Positions 27,084 through 41,734 of a stretch of DNA of 64,000 nt are shown one piece after another. The notes below the pieces were generated by a model, which saw only the letters and a program-made list of their open reading frames with translations, did not search any database and was not told the DNA's origin. The stretch is from positions 22,460,082 to 22,524,081 of the forward strand of contig NC_068997.1 of assembly GCF_001194135.2 (NCBI RefSeq), given 5' to 3'. The translations under genes were made by a program, and so were the position numbers. The stretch is from Octopus bimaculoides. Taxonomy: Eukaryota. The first letter of the stretch is position 1, and each line of letters begins with the position of its first letter.

Positions 27084-27444
27084 GCATTTAAAGGCAGTAA
27101 GGTCTTATTTGAGTGAGATTTTGCTGTTTATTCAAGTAAGTCTGAGGAAAATTTAATGACTTTGTATTTGGTTCAAACAAATACTTGTGTACCAGCCACG
27201 ATCGATTTAACTGATTGTACAGTTCCCTCAAAATTTATAACTTCGTGCTAATGTTATAAATGAATATTTTCATTGAATAAATCAAAAAGATAAATTACTA
27301 CGCAACCATGATCAGTATTTCCGTTTGGCTCTTTCGTCCTTCCTCTTTCAAGCAACCATAGTGATCCCCTCTTGTCATGTTATTCAGTTTACTTCCTATC
27401 TTGATCACGTAACACGCTTTCTTTCTCGATTTTTCTAATCTACT

Positions 27445-27660
27445 TTAACCCTTTAGCATTCAGATTATTCTGTCAAATATAATGCTTGTTTATTCACATA
27501 GCTTTGAATTAATCATGCATTATCTCTTAGCTTCTAGAGCTTGATGTTGTGATATTTTAAAATACCATTTTGCAGTAGGGATGTGAGGTCGGATCTAACT
27601 GTTTCGAACATAAAATGTGTAGAATACTTGAGCTGGATATGGCCAGTTTAAATGTTAACG
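27445..27660 (+). mobile_element. piggyBac-type MITE
   Basis: It starts TTAA|CCCTTTAGCATT, a TTAA target followed by a CCC terminus. The right end is degraded (TTTAAATGTTAACG). The body matches a non-autonomous octopus repeat as I recall it. Confidence 0.65.
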
Positions 27661-28041
27661 CATGAAATGTGTAGGTGCCTGTATGTGATATACTAGGGTA
27701 TTTCCATTTGTTCCGTTATACCAACTTACGTCCCATTATTCTATGTGATACTGGTCAATAAACATATACTGTCCCATACCATTCTACCTCTAGTTATTTG
27801 TCAAGTCATTACACCACTAGTTGCGTACCACTATCACTGTACCAGTTTGTCAAACTACTGCTTAATAAAAATTATGTGATGCACTATTATAATACTAATA
27901 ATGTTCCGTAATATTTTACCACCACTTTGCGTTAATTGTCGTATCACACCATTGTGCCACAAATTATGCCATAGCGTTGATGTCTGCTGATGATGTTCGG
28001 TGTTAACTTTTTAATGATGCTGTCCAATTTAATCCATCAAA

Positions 28042-28198
28042 GGAGTGGACTAGTGTTTAAAACGTTGCACTCGCAATCGCAACATTCGATTCCTGGACCG
28101 ACCGGGGGGGCGTTGTGTTCTTGAGCAAAGCATTTCATTCCCCACTGCTCCCATCCTCTCAACTGTAAGTAAGTAAACCTGCTACAGACTGGTTTCCT
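28042..28198 (+). mobile_element. tRNA-headed CORE-like SINE (family C)
   Basis: GTGGACTAGTGTTTAAAACGTTGCACTCGCAATCG..TTCGATTCCTGGAC, with degenerate A and B boxes, is followed by GTGTTCTTGAGCAAAGCATTTCA..CTCAACTGTAA. Confidence 0.65.
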
Positions 28199-29304
28199 TT
28201 AGAAGGAGATCCTGGAAGCTTGGTCACTTTTACGACATGGATGCTGGATAACCAACTTTATGAGTCCTTCTACACGAGATAGTAATGTCCAGATTTGGTA
28301 ATATTCAGTTTAGTCCCCAGATCTCTATTATTTCCTCTGTTTGTGGCTTTCATAGTGCCCCTGATGTGCTAGCTACGATATTTCTTTGAATATTTTCGAA
28401 AAAAGGATAACATTTGTATCAATGTTTTCTTCAATATGGAGATACATTTTAGAAAGTACGCCAAATATCTTTTACATAATGCCACACACCATCAAGGCAC
28501 TTAAACCTAATACCCAATTTTGGTCAAAACAATTAACCAGGGTGCATACATTACAGTTGTGTGTTGGCACAATCCTAAGTGAACATTTTCGAAAGAAGGG
28601 CTCTAATTGCTTTGTGCATTCAGTAACTCCCTAAGGATCACCAGAGAGATTGTTACATTAAGATTCAAATTTCTAAAATCAAAAGTTTATTGCTATGCTT
28701 AGAAACCAAGTGATACTGCTGGAAGGGGCCCTAGTCTTATTTCAGTTTATCAACCACAATTTTGATAATGGAAGCTGGGTATCTGTTGTTCAGTTATATC
28801 ATATATAACAAACTTGGTATCTGAGATTTGTATCGTGTCCTTCGACGTATATATTTCTTCTGTAGGATATTTCATTTTGCTCTTACTGTGATCGATTAGT
28901 ATAATCTACAGGGTACATGACATAAATATGAACTATTTAGTGACATATGTTTACGTTCTAAATTATCATCGAATGCAGGTAACGAGGGGTCCAATAAAAT
29001 AAGAACTATTCATTAGCGAAGCTCGTTCTCGACGATTCATCTCACCCCATAATTTTCGAGCCTTGTAAATGTAGTAGCAATAATTATAATTCTTATTTAT
29101 TGAAATAGAATCTTGAATCGCATCCAAGATGGATATATGTGTTGGTGCGAGCGTGTGTGTGCGTGCGTGTATGTGTGAGAGAGTGCACTGATTAATATCC
29201 GTATTTATCGATTTGTCGTTTTTACTATCCATCTAATCTATATATGTTCGTGTGCGTATATGTATATATGAATATATATATATATTTATTTTTATGTGTG
29301 TGTA

Positions 29305-29344
<40 letters not shown>

Positions 29345-29697
29345 GAGTGTGTTTATAAGAGTGATTAAATATCGGTCCTAAACAGAATCCATACTGGATT
29401 TACTGAAAGGTGTAACGCTGGAAAAAGATTTTATAATCTAAAATATTATATTATATTTTGCATAACACTTCAAGTCGTATTGTGTCATTTGATAAGATAT
29501 AAAGAACAAGGAGGATAAATGCCATAATAAATAGTAAAAGTGGCTGAAGTTACGCAAAGCTCAAATGCTTACATGAACTCAATGTGAAATCAATATAATT
29601 ATATTAATAAGTGCAATACAAACATGACACACGTACACACACATTCTTAGACACAAATATACTTGGAAATGTTCGTGTGGTTTACATACATACGTAA

Positions 29698-29776
<79 letters not shown>

Positions 29777-30214
29777 CACATAACATAATACAGAACACTA
29801 CTAACCTTTCAATTAATACCACTATCCCCCATACATCCCATGCACCATTCACATTACAGATCTATATCTACCCCAATTACACCAAATCCAGAACTACTTG
29901 CACATAATCTTTTTACTCGGGGACTAGTAGACCTGACACCGTTCAGTAATCGGTGTGCATTCAAAGCAATGATTAGTAATTTTACAAAACCGGTATGCTT
30001 TTGAATCTCTTTAACAATTCACAATAATGACTTTTATTACTTTTATTCTTACTTCAGTTCATCAAATTGTATATATCTATCATTACTTTTCATAAAAAGC
30101 CTTTACTTTTTTTCATTTCCAATATGCATTTTCGCTAATTTTTCTTCATACTTTTACCTTACATCTGCACGTGTAGTTTCTATTTTCTTTTTATAACATA
30201 TTTCTAGAAACACC

Positions 30215-30400
30215 TTACTTAAAATTTCAAACAAATTTAGTTTAGTATGGAGTAGGACCGCCTTTAGCAGTAATTACAGCTTGAATTCTACAAGGTAATG
30301 ACTTGTACAAAGTGTGAATTGATTTCCAAAGGAATTTTTTGACCATTCTTCAGAACTTTTTGTCCATTTTCCAGTTCTTGTAATGATGATGTTGGAGAAT
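30215..30400 (-). mobile_element. Tc1 transposase C-terminal fragment
   Basis: The minus strand reads PTSSLQELE..EEWSKIPLE..IHTLYKSLPCRIQAVITAKGGPTPY*, with the stop at 30242-30244. This is a typical Tc1 C-terminus. A SINE abuts it near 30420. Confidence 0.88.
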
Positions 30401-30419
30401 ATATATATATTTATATAGG

Positions 30420-30600
30420 TTATGAGCGAAAGTGGTGTCAATTAGACCCACGACGGGTTTCTTTCAGTTTTCGTCTACCAAGTCCACTCACAAGGCTTTG
30501 GTCAGCCCGAAGCTATAGTAAAAGCCACTTGCCCAAGGTACCACGCAGTGGGACTGAACCATGTGGTCGGTAACTTAACTACTTACCACACAGCAACTTC
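30420..30600 (-). mobile_element. SINE family A, 5' half
   Basis: GTCCACTCACAAGGCTTTGGTCAGCCCGAAGCTATAG..CCACGCAGTGGGACTGAACC..CTTACCACACAGC. This copy is intact across the site that is interrupted in the 12.7-kb copy. Confidence 0.9.
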
Positions 30601-31325
30601 TGCGCCCTCTCGTTGCACAAAATTGTACAGTATGCATGTATGTGTAATTTTTTCATACTTTATACTCTCATATTCATTGGAAATAACTGGTAAATACTAA
30701 AAAAAAAAAATCTTGATTTTATTTTTTAAAGTAAATATAAATTTCTCATCCTCATCACCCTATTAAAGGCAAAACAAAACAAAGAAAAATAGTTATCGCC
30801 CAGGAATACGATAAAATGGAACACTGTGAAGAAAAGAAAATTAAAAAAAGAAAACATATATATATAAATAAGAAAATAGAGAATAACACAAAATTGAATC
30901 GAAAATTCACCATTCCAGCTTCTGACGTTTGAAGTGTGCGTGGTTCATAGATTTATGATGTTTTTATATCTTGTTTATTATTTCGGTTATTGCTTATCTC
31001 CCCTTCCTTAACCTCCTCCATATACACGCTTATACACAAACGCGCACACATATATGTACAAACAAGCAGACATAATTGTTTTAAACGTTAGCATTAGATA
31101 TGTCGGCCTTTCGTTTATTTTTATTATATTTTGACACCATCGATTGCCAAGGGCACAGTAATAATCATTATATTGACGAGGAAGGCTGGCGGGCTTGTAG
31201 AGCGGTTGGATGACTGGCAAGTGAGCAAAAGTATAGCGTCATAGGCGTGATTATATTGAGCAGCAGCGGACAGGCAGACACGCAAACACATACTGTGGAG
31301 AACAAGCACACACGAGCTCGCGCAT

Positions 31326-31364
<39 letters not shown>

Positions 31365-32943
31365 CACACACATACACGCAAGCAGACAATAATATATGCG
31401 CATATAGTTATGTGTTAGCGTGCGTGTGTGTATAGGTATATGCATACATACATATACGTGCATATACTCACATACATACATACGTACATACGTACATAAA
31501 ATACATATATATACCTATATACATACGTAGGTATGTACAGATGTTACATCCTCATTATTTGATTATTAGTGCTAATATCTAACCTTATGATGATGTACAC
31601 TATGTGTCAAATATAATCGAATTTACTTCACTAATGTTCTTGTTTTTTTTATTTGTTTTTGTATCTTCCAGCATTGCAATTATTTCATCTAATCATCTTC
31701 GTTTAAAATCATATTTGAATAGAGTCTTTCTATTCTTCATTGTATAAATACCGTTTTCTAAACGTTTTTAAGGCCTTAATCGAGATCAGTCAAAAGCTTT
31801 CCTGTCCAAATTCTGTATTCTCATTACTTTTATTATTTTCTTGTCTTTGAATTTAGAGAATTTTGCTTCTTATATCGAATGAATTATACTTATATTTGTT
31901 GTAAACCTGTATTTTTCAACGTACACATTTTATTCTCTTATATCTTATGACAATGCCAGGTTTGTTCACTTGTGTCTGAGCCTTAGTCTCAGAAATAAAT
32001 TTAATAACGATAATGATATAATATATAACAGACCCTAATCTATTGCAGGTTTAGAAGGTCGACTCCTTACTTGTTCTTATATTCCATTAGATGTATATAG
32101 AGCGAGGTGAGGAAATTAGATTGTTTCTTTATTGATCGATAGCATAAGACCAAAGTTCACTCGATGTTGGGATTTCAATTCAGATGGGAAAGACCTGAAA
32201 TAATTTCCGCAAGATATTTGTCTAATACTCAAACGATTCTGCAAATTGACGGCCATTTATCTGTCGACCTTACGTTTCAGCACATTATTAGTAAACGGAG
32301 ATTTGTAATAAGGTTAATTCCATCAGTTATGAACTCACGTCTATTCTCTACTGATAAAGGGTAGCCTCGCGCATATACAACAAATCATCGCTATTATCAC
32401 AGTAATCATCCTTGTTCTTCCCGAAGATATAGTTATCAATATCATCAGCTTTCCCATCGTCTTACAATGGTTGTTGTCATCGTTGTAGTCTTAATCACCA
32501 CCGTTGTCGCTGTCTCTGGCGAAGGGTTTCTAACCAAAGCGTTGAGCATTTTTTTTTCCTTCTACTCGACGATTGATTAAGCCCATGTTTGAATTATTCA
32601 TCACATGTAAGTTGACTTCGTATTTTAATCGTCACAGAGATGTAGTGTACTTTTAACCGTCACAGAGCGTGCATATTATTCACTCGCAGTGCTGCAGTCC
32701 TCAAATGTACGTAGGTAGGTTAAACCAAGAATTAGTCTCTTTACCAAAGAAGCAACAAAAACTCCTCTAAAAAGACCAGAAGCTATGGCTGACGGTTTTC
32801 GTTAGACGTAACTTCGAAAAGTCATGTAGGTCGCATTTTGCGTATGACTGTTCCAGCAGTTCTAACGTCCCCTTTCGATCGTCCTTTTTAATTGAAGTTA
32901 TACTGCCATATACTGCAGTGTATTTTATTGTAGTGTAGCGTAC

Positions 32944-33010
32944 CTTGTGGTCCTGATTAGTCCGAAACCATAAACTGTAGTACTTGAAGTGGTTCTCATA
33001 TTTCTTTTTA
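32944..33010 (-). CDS. Candidate 67-nt exon (KKKYENHFKYYSLWFRTNQDHK)
   Basis: Acceptor ATTACCCTGTTCTACAG|TAAA and donor CACAAG|GTACGC. It lies within track ORF 32767..33078. Confidence 0.28.
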
Positions 33011-33059
33011 CTGTAGAACAGGGTAATGCATTGCAGTGTACTTTGGTGGACATTACTGT

Positions 33060-33300
33060 CACGAGTCTTAGGACACACGAAGAGGGTTACCCGGCGTTTA
33101 ACTGACCAAGATCAGACCACACCTCACGAATAGTATGCCAGTCTGTCTCTGGATACTCCCTTATAGTTAAGTAAAATGGGGCAACGTTAAATGAAATGTT
33201 TTGCTCTAGACCACAACGCACCTCCCGATCCACAAATCGAAACTGCGGCCTCACAATCGTGAGTGCAACGCTCTCACCACTAGGCCACGTACCTTCAGTC
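33060..33300 (-). mobile_element. tRNA-headed CORE-like SINE (family C)
   Basis: The minus strand reads TGAAGGTACGTGGCCTAGTGGTGAGAGCGTTGCACTCACGATTGTGAGGCCGCAGTTTCGATT..GTGGTCTAGAGCAAAACATTTCA, homologous to the 28042 copy. Confidence 0.7.
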
Positions 33301-34371
33301 TATGGTAGTGAATAAAATGTTTCTAATAGTTTCATGGTTCAAGTGGGTGTCGGTTTTATATTTCAAATGCCACAACTTCTTCAAATATTCCAATAAGTCA
33401 TCGATAACAAGTACTAGGTCTGACACATTCTTAAGTATTAAATAAGTGGTTTTCGTCTGCTTCTGAGTGAAGGTCAGCCACGATTACACAGTCTGACAAC
33501 CGTGGCATTTACCAAGGGAATTGTCACTGTCAAGACCACCATAAAAGAGAGCTTTGCGAAATACAGTTCTATGTGGTAGGTATAGCTCTGTACGCCGACA
33601 TGTGTGTGTGTGTGCGTACATTTAACAGTTAGGTGTTTAATATATATATACCCAAAGAGGGGTCAACTGCCTGAGGTCTACACGGATACATACAAACATG
33701 CATTAATACGTAAATACATACATACATACATACGGACATACATACAAACAGACAGACACACAGACGTGCATACATACATACACACACACACACACACATA
33801 CACACACACACACACACACATANNNNNNNNNNNNNNNNNNNNNNNNNNNNNNNNNNNNNNNNNNNNNNNNNNNNNNNNNNNNNNNNNNNNNNNNNNNNNN
33901 NNNNNNNNNNNNNNNNNNNNNNNNNNNNNNNNNNNNNNNNNNNNNNNNNNNNNNNNNNNNNNNNNNNNNNNNNNNNNNNNNNNNNNNNNNNNNNNNNNNN
34001 NNNNNNNNNNNNNNNNNNNNNNNNNNNNNNNNNNNNNNNNNNNNNNNNNNNNNNNNNNNNNNNNNNNNNNNNNNNNNNNNNNNNNNNNNNNNNNNNNNNN
34101 NNNNNNNNNNNNNNNNNNNNNNNNNNNNNNNNNNNNNNNNNNNNNNNNNNNNNNNNNNNNNNNNNNNNNNNNNNNNNNNNNNNNNNNNNNNNNNNNNNNN
34201 NNNNNNNNNNNNNNNNNNNNNNNNNNNNNNNNNNNNNNNNNNNNNNNNNNNNNNNNNNNNNNNNNNNNNNNNNNNNNNNNNNNNNNNNNNNNNNNNNNNN
34301 NNNNNNNNNNNNNNNNNNNNNNNNNNNNNNNNNNNNNNNNNNNNNNNNTATTTCATGGAGTGCGAAAGAAT

Positions 34372-34720
34372 GAAAGGCAAAGTCGACCACGGCAATATTT
34401 GAACTCAGAACGCAAAATGCGGGAAGAAATGGCACAGATCGGGTTGTTCGGTGTGCTAACGACTCTGCCAGTTCCCCGTCTTTTTTCATTCTAATATAGG
34501 CATAAGGCTTGAAATTTTGAGGGAGGGTATCTGGTCAATTACGCCAACCCTTTCCCCCCACCGCCAGTACTTTACTGGTATTTATTTTATCGATGCCGAA
34601 AGGTTGAAAGGCTTAGTCTACCCTGGCGAAATTCGAACTCAGAGCGTAAAGAGCCAGAAGAAATACCACTAAGGATTTTGTCCGGCGTACCTAACGTGTC
34701 TGGCAGCTCGCTGCCGTAAA
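34372..34720 (-). mobile_element. Two head-to-tail SINE family B copies (about 34372-34485 and 34490-34720)
   Basis: Both contain AAAGGCAAAGTCGAC/AAAGGCTTAGTCTAC..GAACTCAGA..CTAACG..GCCAGTTCCCCG/GCAGCTCGCTGCC. Confidence 0.8.
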
Positions 34721-36971
34721 GAAAGATGTAAGTAATACCAGCAATACGATGTTGTTATATCGATCATAATCCCTCCAGCCCTCCCCGATTCTCCATCGAC
34801 CTATAAAATATAATAATGGGCTTCGTGTCTAGTCAGAAGAAATCGATAATTTGAAACTTGCTGCTACATACAGCTGCTGCTGTTTCTGATTCCTGCAAAT
34901 ATTGGTGCGGCTGTTGTGGATGTTGTCGGCTGCAAATATATTTGTTATGGTGGCTGTCGTTATTGTTGTTGTTGTTTTCCTCTTCAGGTCAGTTCTGATA
35001 AAAGGGGCATAAAGTACCAAAGAGTTCAAACCATAGATCATCACGTTGTTGTTGTTGTTGCTGTTGCTTTATCTTCTCAGCTTAAACCTAAACCAGTAGA
35101 TCTATGATCGAAGGTTTTCTAGCTGTAAAACAGCCTGCATTTTATTCGTATATAGCTTCTTCAGGAGAACAATTCTTTATTTGAGAAGAATATCAAGATT
35201 CCAACACGAAATTTGGGTATCGCAGGAAGAGAAATGACTTTTTGATTGAAACATTTAAAATTTATTGATTGGCAAATCGTTAGAGCGTCGTCTTCTGATT
35301 CATTACATTCTTAGTTCAAATCCCACTGAAATCAACTTTACTTTTCTTCCTTACAAAGTCGATGCTTTCAAATAACAAGTCCCAATTTATTAAAATTCCA
35401 GGCCTCGATCTCAGCCATTATTGCAACAAATCATTGCAAGATTATTTTTCGTCAATGTTGATTTTAAGAATGTTATGGTTAAAATAATGATTTATTAAAT
35501 TATGTAAATAATTATTGAAGGCCACAATTTTCTACACAAATCTTTTGGACCAGAAACGGCGAAGGCGACCTGGCAGAAAGGAGATTATAAAGAAAAACAC
35601 AACAAAATGATTAAATTTTGGACCATCTGCCCTACTTCAACCCTTATTAAAGATAAAATACGTCATTTTTCTTTGTAAGGTAGTATTTGTGACTTCATTA
35701 TCTGTAGTGGCTTTCCTTTTTAAGAGAGTAAGGTTTAATTTAAGGCAATTTGACTGCAGGACCACTTTGACTACTATTTTACTCTGGTTGACACCCTACA
35801 GCCAATTCCGTATTTAAAATCTGGTTTTATTCATACTTCCAAAATTCTTATGTTGTTTTACCCTCATCCACTTGCGTTGGTTTGCAATAACACTCTCTAA
35901 GAGAACATGTTTCAGTGATCGAAACAAGTTGAACTGTGTAAAATGTTAGAGAGAAAAGCCTTGCTGTTTCTTGCAATAAACACACCTGGGTCTCCAAAAT
36001 ACTAAATAGACCCAGAATTTACAACTTTGTTTACATGGAACCACAGAAAATTTTATATAAATCTCCAGGGATCCTAAAGCCGTTTGAGAACAGCTGATTT
36101 AAGGGTTATATTGCTATTATTTCCAACAGACGAAGAAGATACTTCCCTTGTTGGCTGGTCATCTTTATAACATCGTATTTGTAACACTTCGTTATTAAAT
36201 ACCCTTCCTTATTTAAGACTAAGAAGCAATTTGAATCGTGACCATATTGATTTCTTTCTTTTACTCATAATTTTATCTGCGTAGACGATGTTCTAATGCA
36301 AAGTAAGAAAGGAGGCTCCAGCGTGGTTAGTTGCTTTGTTAGAAGTAGTGGTAAAACCTCCATTAAATCAAATTGTTTTGAAAATAAAATTAAAACATAG
36401 TAACTAAGCCGTAATTATATTAGAGGAAAAATTGAACGTTCACAAGTGGAATGTCTTTGCTCGTATTTAAGATAAAACTTTGTTCTTCGACGAAGTGTCC
36501 CGTGCTTGAAACGTAGCATTAGATTCATTTCACCGTTTAAACTATTTGTATTACATTTTGCCGACGCTTAAAGTTACTACTTTCCTTTGGTTTACTACTC
36601 TCGCTGTGAAATACGTACCTTTTATTTTGAAAGACGGTGATTAAATATGATTTTCAATTATATCTGGCTGCACTTTCTAGTATGCCTCCCGACCACAGAG
36701 GTGAATTACCCCTAGATCCTCTGCTGCTGCTGCTGCCGCTCTTGTTGTTGGATTTATCATAGTTGCAGATAGGTAAAGGCATCAGTGAAATCATTTCCAA
36801 GCAGTTACGGATAAGAAAGGGGCTGTTACTCTGACTGTTTCTTATTGCTTGGTCTCGCCTCCATCGCTACTTTCCGTCACCTTTGCTGCTTTCCCTCTAC
36901 TGCTACTGATGTCTCATGTGTGGCTACCGTTGACATGCTACTCGACATCACCACAGCTGCTGCTGCTGCTG

Positions 36972-37031
<60 letters not shown>
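36972..37031 (+). repeat. (CTA)n microsatellite
   Basis: Pure run preceded by (CTG)n. Confidence 0.95.
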
Positions 37032-38353
37032 ACACCGCCGCCGCCGCTGCAGCCCCTATTGCTATTTTAATACTACGCGAGCACCGAGAAAAACCTGATT
37101 TCTTTAATCAGTAGAACCGCTAGAAACAACAGTCAAATCTACCTAAAATCCCATCCTTACTGTCTTAAGATAGACACCTTGTATTACTGCCATATTGAAT
37201 AATAATGGATGGATCTCAGTTGATTAGGTCGATGAACGGTCCAAATGTTCGATCAGCTGGATTACTTAATCATTGAATTACCGCATTATTGCCTATTCAT
37301 TTAACTAATGTTTCAAGCACAAAGCCCTTCGTCAGGAAATGAATTAGCTTCCATACGATTAAAGGTGTTTCTTCAGAGGCCATTCAGTTTTTTCTCCCCA
37401 CATATAGTCCCTATCTACAGCTCTGTTAATGCGTATATTAGCTTGCGAAAGTGGTAGTGTGTGAACTAAGGGAGATTTGGCTGTTCTCCCAAGCAACCCA
37501 GCAACTACGTAGCAGTCTCCTTCGTCACCCCTCTTGACGCTTTATAGTTTATATACTTTTCGTGAAGCAATTTCATTGATGGGATCTTTTGGATACCTGG
37601 TGCAAGAACAATCTGCAATTGCACATCTCTGTAAAGGATTATTACTATTTAGTCTGATACCTGAGTCTGATGGAAGAGCTTTCTTCGATAGCTACACGAT
37701 TCTCTAAATCCATATCTTATACTACAAATACACACACACACACACACACATCCTTATTTATGACGTTAGAGCGATGATAACATAGATGTCTGTTAGTCAT
37801 TTCAAGTGGATCATATGACTATGTAAAGGTTTCATCATTATTTAGAACAACGAAAATTTGGAAGGGATTTATATTAGTTCTGCAAACAATATAGATACTG
37901 TGAAATAGGTTAAAGATCTTTCTTTCTGAATAAACATACATTATAGTCATTCAATATAATATAATTCGCCGAACAAATTCATTCAACTGAAACTATTCAC
38001 GCAATTTATAGTTATAATCTCCACCATCCTTTCTTTAAAATTACGAATTAATCGATAACAGTAACACACTGATAATTATTTAATCGATCTCAAAATTTAG
38101 CGTGGTGAAATTTGCAATCATCAATTGCTTATATACATAGACTCCTGCATACAAATACATGTAGTTTATAGATCCAATATAGGTAGGATCAACAAAATAA
38201 AAATAAAAATCCTACATCCAGTGAGAGATAAATATCAATTTAATACACATACCGAAGGAACCACTAACAATTCCATGCTTTCATGATACTTTAAATAAGC
38301 ATATTTATAAAATACATCATGTATCATCAAGCATATATGTATGTGTGTGTGAA

Positions 38354-38435
<82 letters not shown>

Positions 38436-38578
38436 TATATATATATATGTACAAACAAGAGAGCCAGAGACAGGCAGAAACAAGGCAAATGCCCCTTGTA
38501 TTTGAATATTATGCAAACATTCTTTAAAAAAAACTTTTCTTTTAATTTTTCAAAAATCTAATTGTTTTCCATGCTTAC

Positions 38579-38598
38579 AGTTGCAAAAGTCTCGATGA
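38579..38598 (-). CDS. Candidate 20-nt exon
   Basis: Acceptor CATTTCGGTATCTGTTTCAG|TCATCG and donor CAACT|GTAAGC. All three frames are open. Confidence 0.22.
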
Positions 38599-38709
38599 CT
38601 GAAACAGATACCGAAATGTTATTTATAAAATTATTTTAGCATTTTCTACCTTGACTTTTTTTTCCGTATATATCGACTCGTGTGTTCCTTTTCAACCTTC
38701 TACATATCT

Positions 38710-38749
<40 letters not shown>

Positions 38750-39189
38750 TGTTTCATATGTAGAACCAAAAATCAAAAACGAACAAGGAAGTAGATTTTT
38801 TCTAGCAATAATAGTTAAAATGTTATGTCAACTTCAAAATGGAAAGACCTGTAAGAGTTCTACGTACTAAGCAAGTAACTTGATCTTAGAGACCATGTAT
38901 CAAAACCGAAGTAAATATATTGCGGAAGATTGATTCTAACCATTAAAACAAAGAACGCTCTTAAATTTTCTTCTATAAATTAAATTTTTTTTCATAAAGC
39001 TGCACAAAATATTAAAACAAGCAAAAGTTTTTAAAAATTCAAAACCGGTATAATTATAGAGGAACTTCAAAAAGTTTAAATCATGCGACATTGTGGAAAC
39101 AATGGGAATATGCTCAATTATTTTGAATAAAAAGTTAAATCTCCAAAAGGAGATAAATAGTAGTATGAAAATTTTAATCAAGAACTTTG

Positions 39190-39740
39190 TGTAAAATGGT
39201 CAGAATATCTTCAGAAAGTAGGGGATGCTTTAATGTAAACGAAGCAACTGTGAGAGTGATTAAAAGACAGGAAGATAAAATATCAAGAACAGTAAAATCT
39301 TAAATGGTCAGAACATCTGGACAGAAATTTCGAAGATAAAACTGCAAAAGTATTGCCGAAAGACAGCTTCTGCGCCAAACAGAGTATGAATGAATTTTTA
39401 ATAAAATCAACTTTAAAAATCAAACATAAATCAACTACAATCTGGATTTTCGGACAGTAAGGAACAGGTTGACGAGTCTTAAAATCGGAGCTTCGTTCTA
39501 TTTAATAGCAAACTGCTGAGCAAAATTTGATGAAGCGATTAGAAAGCTGCTTAAGAATTTGCGTCAAAATTTACAAAAATAATGATTTTTGTTTTTTTTT
39601 GTTTTGAAGGAGATATCTAACACTGTTGAATCCGTTCAATTCTGGAAGAAAGGTATCATATTAAGATCACAAAAATGGATAGCAAATTCAAAGCTTCTAT
39701 AGAAGGAACTACGTGATTATTTGGCTGTAATGCATTACAT
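39190..39740 (+). mobile_element. Highly decayed pogo/Tigger transposase remnant
   Basis: HTH-like GCFNVNEATVRVIKRQEDKISRTVK from about 39223. DDE-entry-like EISNTVESVQFWKK..FKASIEGTT*LFGCNA at about 39610-39733, compared with the Tigger pattern FNxDETxLFWK..FKAxKDRxTLLxxxNA. Confidence 0.65.
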
Positions 39741-39848
39741 TTTATCAAACTGTATAATGATACAGCTTAACAGCAATGATTCTTATACTCTGCTAACATA
39801 CGTATACACGCACACATATGTACTTAACTGAATTGAAGTAGCTATGCA

Positions 39849-39879
<31 letters not shown>

Positions 39880-40079
39880 CCACCCTCTCTCTCTTTTCCC
39901 ACTATATATTTATATATATGTATTAATGATAATTATTTGACTCCGCATCATGTAGGTCATGTAGATTATATTTTAGTGGACGACTAAAACCTTTCCCTCT
40001 CATGAGAAATTCTTACTAGATGTTATATATATATATATATGTGTGTGTATATATATTCTCATATATATATATATGTATG

Positions 40080-40111
<32 letters not shown>

Positions 40112-40747
40112 TACATACATATATATATCTTACATATATATATATATATATATATATANNNNNNNNNNAGCGAGAGAGAGACAGAGATGGATATAAAATT
40201 ACAAGTGTGTACATATACATATACATACATGCACACAAATACACACAGACAATGCACAGACATACACACACGCACATACATATAGATATATATAACGTTA
40301 CAAATCCATATCTATCTGATGATTCAGTTTCTTCTCTACTCTCCTGATAATTTATATTCACATTGAAAAATCGTTGTCTTGTATTATTGTTTATTGTTTT
40401 CTCGTTGTATAGCATTTCAAAGACATCACATTACGACACTGAAATTCACTCATTATTTATCAATAACTTACTATTTACGTTACACTGTCTGACTGTTGAA
40501 ACAGCAAGGAAATTTGACCATTTAAAGAGCACTCTTATGGAACAGAAACATTTATATATGCTTTAATTATGTTTAGTATATCATCTGAATCTCTGATGAA
40601 ATATCTATAATGAAAAATAAAGGACGCAATATATCATGCACTGAAGACGTACAGTAATATGGAATAAATGTTTTAAAAGCAAGTCGTATAGAAAGAAATT
40701 AAGCTGATATTGTCTGTAAATTAGTTATAATATTAGGTTTCTTCTTT

Positions 40748-40839
<92 letters not shown>

Positions 40840-41734
40840 TTTTCTTTTTACTTTTAGGAATTTCCAAAATACTTTCTGCAAATATCAAATATTATTCTTA
40901 GCAATTTGATTCTTCATTACGTTTCTCTTGAACACAAACTCTTAAAATAAAACTCTTCGTATCATAAATGTAATTTTGATGAATTATTTATTAGAACTGA
41001 CAGTATAAAGAAGTACGAATGTGCGCATTAGTTGTGAGTTCATGTCGTATATTATCATCATCAACAACATTGCCATTACTATGACGTCCACTACCCCACC
41101 ACCACCCTCAATAACATCAACAACAGCATGTATAAAAACAGAAAGGAACCAACGCCGATGTGGCAAAAAAATTCATTATGATTATGATTGTCATTAATAT
41201 TGGTATTATTATTGTCATTTTTTATAGTTCTTGTTAATATTGATCAACTACTGATGTCAAAAGTCCTTTCAATATTGCAACTCTCGCGCCTGAATGAGAA
41301 ATTATTTTTTATGATAATAATACTACTAATGCTACTACATACAATACGAATAATAATAATATCATTACTGGTATTATTGTTATTATTGTCGTAGCTGTTG
41401 ATGGAGTTGTTGTAGATATAATTGTTATAACTGCAAGGTTGGAAGAAAGTAGACAATCAATGATATTGTTTCCTAGTACATGTCTAGTAACTTTCAGATC
41501 TAAAGTGGATAGCTTTACTTTTATTCTCGACCTGCAAAAAGCAGAAGCTTAAATACATGCATATTTACGCCAACTGGGTATTTTTTACGAAAAGAAAAGA
41601 CACATTGGTTATGCTCTAGTTATATACACTAGAGAAAATAGACAGATTATCAAGCACTACATCATCAAACGAGTCTTTGTTTTTATTTTTTTTAATTTCA
41701 AGATGGCAAGGGAAAATTTGGAGGTGTAGATTCT

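Noticed and set aside
31124-31357. Minus ORF with AYDAILLL, reminiscent of periplasmic-binding-type receptor domains
   Set aside because: The motif is short, the ORF starts in a (TG)n tract, the donor is poor and no companion exons were found.
28042-33300. tRNA-like sequences at 28042 and 33300, and the family A heads
   Set aside because: They have A/B-box-like heads but continue into SINE bodies, and I could not fold a full cloverleaf. They are SINEs, not tRNA genes.
37590-37715. Two adjacent minus-strand mini-exon candidates
   Set aside because: The intervening intron would be only about 32 nt, and the merged frames contain stops.
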